A stretch of 64,000 nucleotides of DNA, from contig JBMORM010000014.1 in assembly GCA_049322675.1 (NCBI GenBank), forward strand, positions 15,896-79,895. Direction: 5' to 3'. Made by a program: the position numbers and the translations under genes. Of this stretch, positions 31,397 through 39,842 are shown piece by piece (position 1 is the first letter of the stretch; each line of letters begins with the position of its first letter). Origin of the DNA: Patescibacteria group bacterium. Lineage in GTDB: Bacteria; Patescibacteriota; JAHJAL01. Below the pieces are notes generated by a model that saw only the letters and a list, made by a program, of their open reading frames with translations, did not search any database and had not been told where the DNA came from.

Positions 31397-31499
31397 CCCT
31401 CACGGGACCGAACTGCTGCTGGCAATGACCAATTTTCAAACAAATTCAATTCTAGGATCATTCTTTTTTGTATTTGTTTGGAAATTGAGCCTTTTTTGG
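31397..31499 (-). repeat. dispersed intergenic element, copy 1 (short form), with conserved ends shared with 62839-63142
   Basis: 31397-31426 CCCTCACGGGACCGAACTGCTGCTGGCAAT is the exact reverse complement of 63113-63142; 31478-31499 TTGGAAATTGAGCCTTTTTTGG is the exact reverse complement of 62839-62860; flanked by heptad arrays at 31352-31392 and 31500-31560. Confidence 0.6.
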
Positions 31500-31564
31500 A
31501 AATTGAGAATTGGAAATTGGAAATTATCAATTCATTCTTAATTATTAATTGTTAATTAATTATT

Positions 31565-32146
31565 ATGTCGCATTTATTTTTAATAACCGGCGTTCCCGGT
31601 GTCGGCAAAACTTCCATCGCCAACGCCGTTGCCGCCAATTTCAATTTACCGTTAATCAATTTCGGTGACATTTTGTTCAAAAAAATCAAAGCCGCCAAAA
31701 TAGGTATCAAAGAAGTTGACGAAATCAGAGTCAAGTTACCTTTCAAACAGTACAAAAAATTCCAAGTCGCTACCGCCCGCGAGATTGCCAAAACCAAGGG
31801 CGACAAAATAATCACTTCTCATCTTTCCATTGATACTCCAACTGGATTCAAACCGGGCTTCCCGCAAAATGTTATCGATATTTTTTCTCCCAGTATTATT
31901 TTTTCTATTCAATCCCCGGCCGACGAAATCAGAAAAAGACGCATGTCCGACAAAGACACTCGTCATCGTGGACAAAAACTGGAAAAATGGATCGAATTTC
32001 ACCAATCCTTCAACCGCGCCCTCGCCGCCAACTACGCCTTCTACACCGGCAATTACGTCTATCCAGTCCAAAATCGTCAGGGAGAAATTGCCAACTGCAT
32101 CGAGGAAATCAACGAAGTTATTGGACAGATACTGAAACAAAAATAA
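31565..32146 (+). CDS. adkA: adenylate kinase, archaeal type (AdkA family)
   Basis: LITGVPGVGKTS P-loop; SHLSIDTPTGFKPGFP; RRMSDKDTRHRG; VQNRQGEI; these align to remembered Methanococcus/Methanocaldococcus AdkA blocks (VTGVPGVGTT, THSTxKTPKGYLPGLP, RRxxDETRxRD, QNRNG); no bacterial Adk LID or NMP-binding motifs. Confidence 0.75.
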   Translation: MSHLFLITGVPGVGKTSIANAVAANFNLPLINFGDILFKKIKAAKIGIKEVDEIRVKLPFKQYKKFQVATAREIAKTKGDKIITSHLSIDTPTGFKPGFPQNVIDIFSPSIIFSIQSPADEIRKRRMSDKDTRHRGQKLEKWIEFHQSFNRALAANYAFYTGNYVYPVQNRQGEIANCIEEINEVIGQILKQK

Positions 32147-32175
32147 GACAATTTCCAGTTTCCAATTTCCAGTTT

Positions 32176-32197
32176 CCAAAAAATGTCCAATTTCCAA
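32176..32197 (+). repeat. partial third copy of the left-end motif of the dispersed element (CCAAAAAATGTCCAATTTCCAA)
   Basis: Differs from CCAAAAAAGGCTCAATTTCCAA at three positions; embedded in the heptad arrays between adkA and map. Confidence 0.4.
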
Positions 32198-32308
32198 TTC
32201 TCAATGGATGCGATCCGTTTGGAAATTGTGTCTTGGAAATTCATTGGAAATTATACCGTTGTTTACAAAAATGAATATATTTTTTTGTTCCCAATTTACA
32301 TTATTCCA

Positions 32309-33070
32309 ATGTCATTATTCAACAATCCCACTTTAGACCAAAAATACACCGCCATGAAAACCGGCGGCCAAATTCTCGCCCGAATCATCTATGAACTAAA
32401 AGATCTCGTCGAGCCCGGCATGTCGGCCTCCCACCTTGACCAGATTGCCTATCAAAAAATCATCGCCGCCGACTCCAAGCCGGCCTTTTTGGGTTATCAA
32501 GGTTTTCCCAACAGTTTGATCGTCAGCCTCAACAACGAAGTTGTTCACGCTATTCCCAAATCGCACAAAATTATTAATGTTGGAGATTTGGTTACTCTTG
32601 ATCTTGGTTTGTATTATCAAGGTTTTTGCACCGACATGGCTATCAGTTTTATTTTAGGCAAAAAAAACAATCCCGTTGCTCAAAATCTCCTTCTGGCCGC
32701 CGAAACTGCCTTGGACAACGCCGTAAATCTGATTGAACCCGGAATACAGATTGGCGACATCGGCCATATTGTTGAAAAAACCGCCAAGGAATTCAAAGTT
32801 AAGGTAGTTTTCGATTGTGCCGGTCACGGTGTGGGCAAAAAAATCCACGAAGAACCAACAATTCCCAACTTTGGCCGAACGAATACCGGGCCTCAATTAA
32901 CAGTCGGCCAAACCGTGGCCATCGAACCAATTTTCGCCGTCTCCACCAATTATTTTTCTCACCAACCGGATGGCTGGACTTTGGTTACCGAAGATGGCTC
33001 TTTGGCCGCCCAGGCCGAACATACCATCATCATTACCCCCCAAGGTAACGAAATTCTGACCCTCAGATAA
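32309..33070 (+). CDS. map: methionine aminopeptidase, type I
   Basis: MetAP-I metal ligands in context (D..D, H, E, E): VTLDLGLYYQGFCTDMA, AGHGVGKKIHEEP, AIEPIF, EHTIIIT; the ORF-track start at 32183 would translate the intergenic repeat array, so ATG 32309 (MSLFNN) is preferred. Confidence 0.88.
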   Translation: MSLFNNPTLDQKYTAMKTGGQILARIIYELKDLVEPGMSASHLDQIAYQKIIAADSKPAFLGYQGFPNSLIVSLNNEVVHAIPKSHKIINVGDLVTLDLGLYYQGFCTDMAISFILGKKNNPVAQNLLLAAETALDNAVNLIEPGIQIGDIGHIVEKTAKEFKVKVVFDCAGHGVGKKIHEEPTIPNFGRTNTGPQLTVGQTVAIEPIFAVSTNYFSHQPDGWTLVTEDGSLAAQAEHTIIITPQGNEILTLR

Positions 33071-33188
33071 TAAAATTTTTTCCCATGTCTCACAAAATAT
33101 GTTTAAAAATTAAAAATTAAAAATTAAAAATTTTTCCTGATATTGTGTCTTGCGTCCCTCTAATAAAAGTGATAATATTAATCGTGCT

Positions 33189-33443
33189 ATGAAAAATAAG
33201 AGTGCCAAAAATAAAGACGTTGCCAAGAAATCAAAGGAAGTGATAGAATTAGAAGGTGTAGTAGATGAGGCACTTTCCAATGGCATGTTTCGTGTCAAAT
33301 TGGAAAATGAACATTTTATTATCGCTGTTATTTCCGGACGGATGAGAATGAATTTCATTCGGATTATGCCCGGCGATAAAGTCAAAGTCGAAATGACTCC
33401 CTACGATCTCAGTAAAGGTCGTATTACATTTAGGTACAAATAA
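33189..33443 (+). CDS. infA: translation initiation factor IF-1
   Basis: [66 protein letters not shown], an S1-like IF-1; ATG at 33189 is preferred over the TTG at 33150 inside the (AAAAATT)n array. Confidence 0.88.
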   Translation: MKNKSAKNKDVAKKSKEVIELEGVVDEALSNGMFRVKLENEHFIIAVISGRMRMNFIRIMPGDKVKVEMTPYDLSKGRITFRYK

Positions 33444-33459
33444 AATTATAAATCGTCCC

Positions 33460-33591
33460 ATGAAAGTTCAATCTTCAGTCAAACCTCGTTGCAACAAATG
33501 TACAATCATCGTCCGCCGCTCCAAACCGGGCAAGAAAAAAATTGTCCGCGTCATTTGCACCAATCCTCGTCATAAACAACGACAAGGCTAG
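33460..33591 (+). CDS. rpmJ: 50S ribosomal protein L36
   Basis: Manual translation [43 protein letters not shown] (43 aa); below the ORF-track size cutoff. Confidence 0.85.
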   Translation: MKVQSSVKPRCNKCTIIVRRSKPGKKKIVRVICTNPRHKQRQG

Positions 33592-33600
33592 CTTTTTAAA

Positions 33601-33689
33601 TTTCCAATTTCCAATAATCAATTTCCAATAAATTTTCCATTGTCCCAACAAAATATCATTTGGAAATTGAAAATTGAAAATTGAAAATT
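33601..33689. repeat. inverted pair of heptad arrays (AATTTCC x3 ... GGAAATT/GAAAATT x4) flanking a 27-nt spacer between rpmJ and rpsM
   Basis: 33601-33634 AAATTTCCAATTTCCAATAATCAATTTCCAATAA; 33662-33689 GGAAATTGAAAATTGAAAATTGAAAATT. Confidence 0.65.
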
Positions 33690-33709
33690 TATATTTAATT
33701 TTTACGAAC

Positions 33710-34093
33710 ATGGCTCGTATTTCCGGCGTTCAAATCCCAACTGAAAAAAGAGTAGAAATTGCTCTTACGTATATTTATGGCATAGGCTTAACCAGCAGCC
33801 AGAAAATTCTCAAAATTGCCAATATCAGTCCTGACACCAGAGTCAAAGATCTAACCAATGAACAATTGGACAAAATTCGTGAAATAATCGACAAAAATCA
33901 CCTGGTCGAAGGCGTTCTTAGACAAAAAATTTCTACCAATATCAAACGACTCAAAGAAATTGGTTCCTACCGAGGCGATCGACACAACCGTCGCTTACCC
34001 CTACGTGGTCAACGTACTCGCACCAATGCCCGTACTCGCCGCGGTCGCAAAATGACTGTCGCCACTTCCAAAAAAGCCCCGACCAAGACCTAG
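33710..34093 (+). CDS. rpsM: 30S ribosomal protein S13
   Basis: [26 protein letters not shown]...; ATG at 33710; the ORF-track TTG at 33674 lies in the repeat array. Confidence 0.95.
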   Translation: MARISGVQIPTEKRVEIALTYIYGIGLTSSQKILKIANISPDTRVKDLTNEQLDKIREIIDKNHLVEGVLRQKISTNIKRLKEIGSYRGDRHNRRLPLRGQRTRTNARTRRGRKMTVATSKKAPTKT

Positions 34094-34099
34094 TATAAA

Positions 34100-34198
34100 A
34101 TTTCCAATTTCCAGTTTTCAATTTCCAAATCTATAACCAAATTATCCGTATATCCCCTCAAAGTATGTTTGAAAATTGTGAATTGAAAATTGGAAATT
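34100..34198. repeat. inverted pair of heptad arrays flanking a 41-nt spacer between rpsM and rpsK
   Basis: 34100-34128 AATTTCCAATTTCCAGTTTTCAATTTCC; 34170-34198 GAAAATTGTGAATTGAAAATTGGAAATT. Confidence 0.65.
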
Positions 34199-34231
34199 AC
34201 TCATTATTATTTTTTTAATTATTCCTCACCC

Positions 34232-34651
34232 ATGGCCGACATTAAAGAAAAAAAATCAACCAACGAAAAAGTCTCTTCCAAGAAAAAAAAGAAGAGAAAA
34301 ATATCTGTAATCTCAGGAATAGCTCATATCCAATCAACATTCAACAACACCATTATTACTATTACCGACAAAAAAGGTAATGCCATTTCTTGGGGATCAA
34401 CGGGTTTAGCCGGCTTCAAAGGCACCAAGAAAAGCACACCATACGCCGCCTCAGTTGCCGCCAAAAAAGCTGCTGAAAAGGCCAAACAAGTTGGTTTAAA
34501 AGAAGTCGAAGTTCTTGTCCAAGGTGTTGGTTCTGGTCGCGAATCTTCTATTCGCGCTCTGTATGCCGAAGGTATCGACATTCTTTCTATCAAAGATATT
34601 ACTCCAGTTCCTCACAATGGTTGCCGAGCCCGCAAACCCCGCCGCGTCTAA
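34232..34651 (+). CDS. rpsK: 30S ribosomal protein S11
   Basis: [30 protein letters not shown]...; ATG at 34232 (MADIKEKK). Confidence 0.95.
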   Translation: MADIKEKKSTNEKVSSKKKKKRKISVISGIAHIQSTFNNTIITITDKKGNAISWGSTGLAGFKGTKKSTPYAASVAAKKAAEKAKQVGLKEVEVLVQGVGSGRESSIRALYAEGIDILSIKDITPVPHNGCRARKPRRV

Positions 34652-34704
34652 GTATTTTCCCTTTTTTTTGAAAATTATAAATTATAAATTGAAAATTAAT
34701 TATT

Positions 34705-35331
34705 ATGGCCTACAAATACCCCAACTGTCGTCTCTGTCGTCGCGAAGGTGAAAAACTTTTTCTAAAAGGTGCGCGTTGTCAATCACAAAAATGTGCCTTG
34801 GTCAGAAAAAGCTATGCCCCCGGAGATCATGGTGCCGCCTCAAAAAAAGGCAAACCTTCCTCCTACGCCATCCAATTGCGAGAGAAACAGAAGACCAAAA
34901 GAATTTACGGTTTGCGCGAAGGTCAATTTTTCAAATACTATTCTTTGGCATCCAAGAAAAAAGGTGTTACCGGTTTGGTTTTGCTTCAATTGCTTGAGAC
35001 AAGACTAGACAATATAATTTTCCGTCTCGGTTGGGCTCCTTCTCGCCATACGGCACGTCAAGTTGTTTCGCATGATCATATTCAGGTAAATGGACACACC
35101 GTTAATATTCCTTCATATCAAGTGAAAATTGGCGACAAGATTACTGTCAAAGAGTCGTCAAAAACTAAAAAGTATTTTAAAGAAACTCTTGATCTTGGTG
35201 ATTTTAAACCACCGATTTGGTTAAAGGCCAACTCATCAGCTCTTACCGGTGAAATTATTACTTTACCCAGCAAAGACGATATTGATAGCAATATCAACGA
35301 ACAATTAATTATTGAATTTTATTCTCGTTAA
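34705..35331 (+). CDS. rpsD: 30S ribosomal protein S4
   Basis: Zinc-ribbon CRLCRREGEKLFLKGARCQSQKC; S4 domain RLDNIIFRLGWAPSRHTARQVVSH. Confidence 0.95.
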   Translation: MAYKYPNCRLCRREGEKLFLKGARCQSQKCALVRKSYAPGDHGAASKKGKPSSYAIQLREKQKTKRIYGLREGQFFKYYSLASKKKGVTGLVLLQLLETRLDNIIFRLGWAPSRHTARQVVSHDHIQVNGHTVNIPSYQVKIGDKITVKESSKTKKYFKETLDLGDFKPPIWLKANSSALTGEIITLPSKDDIDSNINEQLIIEFYSR

Positions 35332-35349
35332 CGTTTTTGGAGGACTAAA

Positions 35350-36273
35350 TTGGACATTATCGTCTTGCCAGAAATTAAATGCATCAAGGAAACTGACAAT
35401 CAGGCGACCTTTGTCGTCGAACCTCTTTATCCTGGATACGGTGTCACTATTGGCAATTCCTTGCGTCGCACTTTGCTTTCTTCGCTTGAAGGAGCGGCTA
35501 TCACTTCGGTTAAAATCGAAGGCGCCACTCACGAATTCTCAACCCTTCCGCACATAAAAGAAGATTTGGTTGAAATAGTATTAAATCTCAAAAAAGTTCG
35601 TCTAAAAATGCATTCCGACGAGCCAATCAAACTCCAACTGTCAGCCAAAAAATCAGGACCAGTCACTGCCGGTATGTTTTCCAAAAACCCCGATGTCGAA
35701 ATCGTAAATCCGGATTTAATATTGGCTAATCTTGACAACAATAAAGGCAAAATGGATATGGAAATCACCGTCGAAAAAGGTCGTGGCTATTTACCTACCG
35801 AACAACGAGAGAATGAAAAAAATCCGATCGGGACAATTGCCATTGATGCACTTTTTAATCCAGTTACCCAAGTTAACTTCAATGTTGAAAACACACGCGT
35901 GGGCGGTCAAACCAATCTGGACAAACTGACAATTGATATTACAACTGACGGCACTGTCAACGCCAAGGATACTTTGGACTACGCCGCCAATATTCTTGTT
36001 TCTCATTTCTCATTGTTTACTTCCGAAGGCATTGCCAAGTCTGCCCAAAAGATAGCAAAAGTTGACAAAGAAGACGTCGCCGAAGATATCGAGTCGATAA
36101 AAGTTGAAGAGATCAATCTTTCCACCCGAACACTCAATGCTTTGTTAAAAAATGATATCAAAACAATTGGCGACGTATTCAAACATTATGAAGATCTCCC
36201 GAGCCTACCCGGACTGGGAGCAAGAGCAATTACAGAAATAAAAGAAGCCATTGCCAGATTACAAGACAACTAA
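35350..36273 (+). CDS. rpoA: DNA-directed RNA polymerase subunit alpha
   Basis: FVVEPLYPGYGVTIGNSLRRTLLSSLEGAAI; TTG start with GGAGG 8 nt upstream. Confidence 0.94.
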   Translation: MDIIVLPEIKCIKETDNQATFVVEPLYPGYGVTIGNSLRRTLLSSLEGAAITSVKIEGATHEFSTLPHIKEDLVEIVLNLKKVRLKMHSDEPIKLQLSAKKSGPVTAGMFSKNPDVEIVNPDLILANLDNNKGKMDMEITVEKGRGYLPTEQRENEKNPIGTIAIDALFNPVTQVNFNVENTRVGGQTNLDKLTIDITTDGTVNAKDTLDYAANILVSHFSLFTSEGIAKSAQKIAKVDKEDVAEDIESIKVEEINLSTRTLNALLKNDIKTIGDVFKHYEDLPSLPGLGARAITEIKEAIARLQDN

Positions 36274-36306
36274 TTCAATAATATTCAAGTTTTTATCGAT
36301 TCTACC

Positions 36307-36657
36307 ATGCGAAAACTACGTAAAATTAAAAAATTCGGCCGGATCAAAGACAAACGCGAACAAATGATTAAGTCTCTTGCCAATTCCCTTGTCTTTTACG
36401 ACAAAATTGAAACTACCGTCACCAAAGCCAAAGTTCTGAAATCATTTATGGACCGACTTGTCACCAAAGCCAAACAAGGAACACTGCATGATCGCAGACA
36501 AATCATGCGATATTTGGACAATGAAATTGCCGTAAAAAAGTTGATGGAAGTTTATGGTCCCAAATATAAAGATCGCTCCAGTGGCTTTACTCGTCTCACC
36601 AAAACTCGCAATCGAGTAGCCGACAATGCTCCCATGATACTGATAGAATTTATTTAA
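36307..36657 (+). CDS. rplQ: 50S ribosomal protein L17
   Basis: SLANSLVFYDKIETTVTKAKVLKSFMDRLVTKAK. Confidence 0.94.
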   Translation: MRKLRKIKKFGRIKDKREQMIKSLANSLVFYDKIETTVTKAKVLKSFMDRLVTKAKQGTLHDRRQIMRYLDNEIAVKKLMEVYGPKYKDRSSGFTRLTKTRNRVADNAPMILIEFI

Positions 36658-36708
36658 ACTTTTTACAAATCAAAGTACCTGCCACCTATATACCCATAAT
36701 CAAATACA

Positions 36709-37128
36709 ATGAAACTCACAAACTACAAAATCGACCGAAAAGCTCGCACTTGGCATCTTATCGACGCCAAAGACCAAGTACTTGGTCGTTTATCGGTAAA
36801 AGTTGCCCAATTGCTGATGGGTAAACATAAAGCCAATTTTACTCCCATTTTTGATTCTGGCGATAACGTTGTTATTATCAATGCCAAAGACATCAAATTG
36901 ACCGGCGTCAAAGCCGAACAAAAAAAATATCATCATTTCACTGGATACATTGGCAATCTGAAAACAATCACTTTCAAGGAAGTTCAAGCAAAAAAACCGG
37001 AATGGGCCATTTATCACGCTGTTCGCAAAATGCTCCCCAAATCTCTACTGGCCAAAAAAATGCTTAAGAAACTTCGTATTTATCCCGGTGCCGAACATCC
37101 TCATCAAGGAATTCAATTTCAACAATAA
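36709..37128 (+). CDS. rplM: 50S ribosomal protein L13
   Basis: WHLIDAKDQVLGRLSVKVAQLLMGKHK. Confidence 0.94.
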   Translation: MKLTNYKIDRKARTWHLIDAKDQVLGRLSVKVAQLLMGKHKANFTPIFDSGDNVVIINAKDIKLTGVKAEQKKYHHFTGYIGNLKTITFKEVQAKKPEWAIYHAVRKMLPKSLLAKKMLKKLRIYPGAEHPHQGIQFQQ

Positions 37129-37185
37129 AATCAATTAGACAATCTTTTCATACTTTTCTCATTATTAATTGTTAATTATATTTAG

Positions 37186-37596
37186 ATGTCCAACGAAACC
37201 GAATTCAAAGGTAAATATATACAAACCGTCGGTCGCCGCAAAACGGCTTCCGCCAATATCCGATTGTATCAAGGAACTGGTAAAATTTTAGTCAACGACA
37301 AACCAATTGATAAATATTTTTCTCTAAACAATTGGCAGTCAAATATTTTTAAACCTTTCGAACTAACTGGTACCAACAACAAATTTGATATCTCCATCAA
37401 GATTAGTGGTGGTGGACAATATTCTCAGCTTGGTGCTATTCGTCTCGGTATTGCAAGGGCCTTGGTAGAATATTCTGCCGACAATCGTTCTATTTTGCGT
37501 AAAACAGGATTATTAACACGCGATCCACGTATGAAAGAAAGAAAGAAACCAGGCCTAAAGAGAGCTCGTAAGGCTCCACAGTTCTCCAAACGTTAA
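37186..37596 (+). CDS. rpsI: 30S ribosomal protein S9
   Basis: GGGQYSQLGAIRLGIARALVEY...RDPRMKERKKPGLKRARKAPQFSKR. Confidence 0.95.
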   Translation: MSNETEFKGKYIQTVGRRKTASANIRLYQGTGKILVNDKPIDKYFSLNNWQSNIFKPFELTGTNNKFDISIKISGGGQYSQLGAIRLGIARALVEYSADNRSILRKTGLLTRDPRMKERKKPGLKRARKAPQFSKR

Positions 37597-37603
37597 AAAG
37601 AAT

Positions 37604-37634
37604 CACGAGAGGCCGCAAACCTCTCGTTTTTTTA
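37604..37634 (+). terminator. rho-independent terminator after rpsI
   Basis: CGAGAGG-CCGCAAAC-CCTCTCG then T7. Confidence 0.7.
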
Positions 37635-37651
37635 TCATAAAAAATTAACAT

Positions 37652-37999
37652 ATGAACGATCGGCTCCCCAAAATAAACGACCAAATCCGTGATCTGATGC
37701 AAGAAATTTTTTTAAAAGAATTCGGATCTTCTTTAGGTCTAATATCAATCATGTACGTTAAAACATCGCCAGATTTGCGAAATACTCGAATCTATATCTC
37801 TTCTCTATCAATTCAGACCAAACAAGACAATTCCAGTGAAATTGTTGCTCTGCTCAACCAAAAAGCCTCCAAGTTACGAAAACTTTTGAGTCAAAAGCTA
37901 AAAATCAAATATATTCCGCAATTATCATTTTTTCCTGATCAAACACTTATCAAAGCACAGAGAGTAGAAGAACTCATTAAAAAAATACAATCAAAATAA
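37652..37999 (+). CDS. rbfA: ribosome-binding factor A
   Basis: 115 aa; RbfA-like spacing: RLPKINDQIRDLMQEIF...LGLISIMYVKTSPDLRNTRIYIS...LRKLLSQKLKIKYIPQLSFFPD. Confidence 0.65.
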   Translation: MNDRLPKINDQIRDLMQEIFLKEFGSSLGLISIMYVKTSPDLRNTRIYISSLSIQTKQDNSSEIVALLNQKASKLRKLLSQKLKIKYIPQLSFFPDQTLIKAQRVEELIKKIQSK

Positions 38000-38075
38000 C
38001 CCAATATTTTTGGAAATTCTTGCCAAAAGTATATTTTGATGTTACCATGATGAAAATTCCTAACCAATATTTTTC

Positions 38076-38831
38076 ATGGAAAAAAAGATTGAACTAAGTG
38101 TCATCATACCTGCCTACAATGAAGCCGGTCGCATTACCGAAACGCTTCAGCAAACCTGGCGCTATTTATCCAATCAACCATATTTCAGTGAAATAATCGT
38201 CGTGGACGACGGTTGCACCGATACCACGATTGATGTTGTGCAAGGTCATTTTTACCAAATTCCCAACCTCCGTCTAATTCGTCATCGATACAACCAAGGA
38301 AAAGGTCAAGCGGTAAAAACTGGTGTCAATTCCGCCCGTGGCCGCTGGATACTTTTTATGGATGCCGATCTGGCAACCCCAATTTCAGAATTGGATAAAT
38401 TGTGGTCGCAAAAAAACAATTACGATGTTTTAATTGGTTCCAGGCATCTTCAACCAAAAAGCATAAAAACACCCCAGCCTTGGTATCGTTTTTTATTTGG
38501 TCGCGCCGGCAATTTTTTAATTCGCTCTCTTCTTTTGGCCAATATTTCCGACACTCAATGTGGCTTCAAATTATTCTCACATAAAGCCGCCCACGATCTT
38601 TTTAATCGATTAACAATCAACGGTTTTGGCTTTGATATTGAAATCCTTGTCTTGGCCCAGATTCTTGAATACCAAATTGCCGAAATCTCCGTAGATTGGT
38701 ATGACAAACCACACGGTAGTGTAAACATCTGGAGAGATGGATGGCGAGTTTTCTCCGAAGTATTGCGTATCAAATATCGAATCTCCCAGTCGCTGTGGAA
38801 TAAATCGGGTTATACGCAAAAGATTTTTTAA
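38076..38831 (+). CDS. GT2-family glycosyltransferase, dolichyl/polyprenyl-phosphate hexosyltransferase (Dpm1-like)
   Basis: LSVIIPAYNEAGRI, VVDDGCTDTT, NQGKGQAVKTG, FMDADL, QCGFKLF; soluble form of 251 aa. Confidence 0.8.
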   Translation: MEKKIELSVIIPAYNEAGRITETLQQTWRYLSNQPYFSEIIVVDDGCTDTTIDVVQGHFYQIPNLRLIRHRYNQGKGQAVKTGVNSARGRWILFMDADLATPISELDKLWSQKNNYDVLIGSRHLQPKSIKTPQPWYRFLFGRAGNFLIRSLLLANISDTQCGFKLFSHKAAHDLFNRLTINGFGFDIEILVLAQILEYQIAEISVDWYDKPHGSVNIWRDGWRVFSEVLRIKYRISQSLWNKSGYTQKIF

Positions 38832-38834
38832 TTT

Positions 38835-39842
38835 CTATTTTTCTCGTTTGACCAAGTAATCACATATCTCAAAAAATATTTTTCTATAACTATTATCCGG
38901 CATCATCTTTCTGCCGGATATTTTTATTTCCCCTATTATGTCGTCAGCTATACTTTGTAAAACGGTTATTGATCCATATTTATTTATTATCGCCTGCATT
39001 TGTTCAATATCTTTTTCCGATTTTTTAGGATTCTTCAATAAGGCGATAAGAATATGTCGGTCATTTTTTTTCGCTATCTCCAAAGTTTTTACAATCACCG
39101 AAGTCAATTTCCCTTCATAAAGGTCTTGGTCTTTTTTCTTTCCCCATTCATTATTATTGGCAATTATATCCAAAATATCATCACGAATTTGAAAAGCTAG
39201 TCCCATTTTTACCGCTATCAACGACAATTGCTCGACTTTTCTTTGGTTTAAACCGGACAAAATTCCCCCCGTCAATATCGCAAACTTTAGCATCGAACCT
39301 GTCTTGTATTCACTCATTTTTTGGTAGTCGCCCCAAGAAACGTTATATATCTTTCTCTCGGCCCAAAAAATGTCCATCGCCTGTCCCAAATGTAAACGAG
39401 TCATCTCCTCCACTAAATATTTAACCAATTTTTCTTTTTGCTTTTGAGCCAAGTCGGACGAGTATATCATATTTATGGACTGGAAATACCAAAAGTTTCC
39501 GGCATTTAAAGCAATGCCGGTACCATATTTCAAATACGTACACTTTTGTCCCCTTCGCAATTGCGAACGATCTTCAATATCATCGATTATCAGGGTAGCG
39601 TTATGTAATATTTCACTAATAATTGCCAGCTCAGTCAAAAATTTTTTTTCACCAAAAATATCTCCAATCAAGTAAGTCAAAACAGGTCTCAATCTTTTCC
39701 CTCCTTCTTTCGTCAGGTCAAACATTGGATCTTTCAATGCCTCTTTTTCAATGTCGCAGGAAAAACCATGAATATGGCGTTTCTCTATTTTTTTAAGTCC
39801 ATTTTCGATCTCTACTTTTTTTCTAGTCAGGTAGTTTTTCAT
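38835..39842 (-). CDS. trans-polyprenyl diphosphate synthase
   Basis: First Asp-rich motif LIIDDIEDRSQLRRG and second motif FQIRDDILDI; 335 aa. Confidence 0.85.
   Translation of the reverse strand: MKNYLTRKKVEIENGLKKIEKRHIHGFSCDIEKEALKDPMFDLTKEGGKRLRPVLTYLIGDIFGEKKFLTELAIISEILHNATLIIDDIEDRSQLRRGQKCTYLKYGTGIALNAGNFWYFQSINMIYSSDLAQKQKEKLVKYLVEEMTRLHLGQAMDIFWAERKIYNVSWGDYQKMSEYKTGSMLKFAILTGGILSGLNQRKVEQLSLIAVKMGLAFQIRDDILDIIANNNEWGKKKDQDLYEGKLTSVIVKTLEIAKKNDRHILIALLKNPKKSEKDIEQMQAIINKYGSITVLQSIADDIIGEIKISGRKMMPDNSYRKIFFEICDYLVKREK

Noticed and set aside
32183-32308. Long N-terminal extensions of map (ATG 32183) and rfbC (ATG 63100)
   Set aside because: The extensions translate the intergenic repeat arrays (QFSNFQF..., KIGNCQQQFGPVREKLEI). 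Conserved MetAP and RmlC N-termini begin at the internal ATGs 32309 and 63184.
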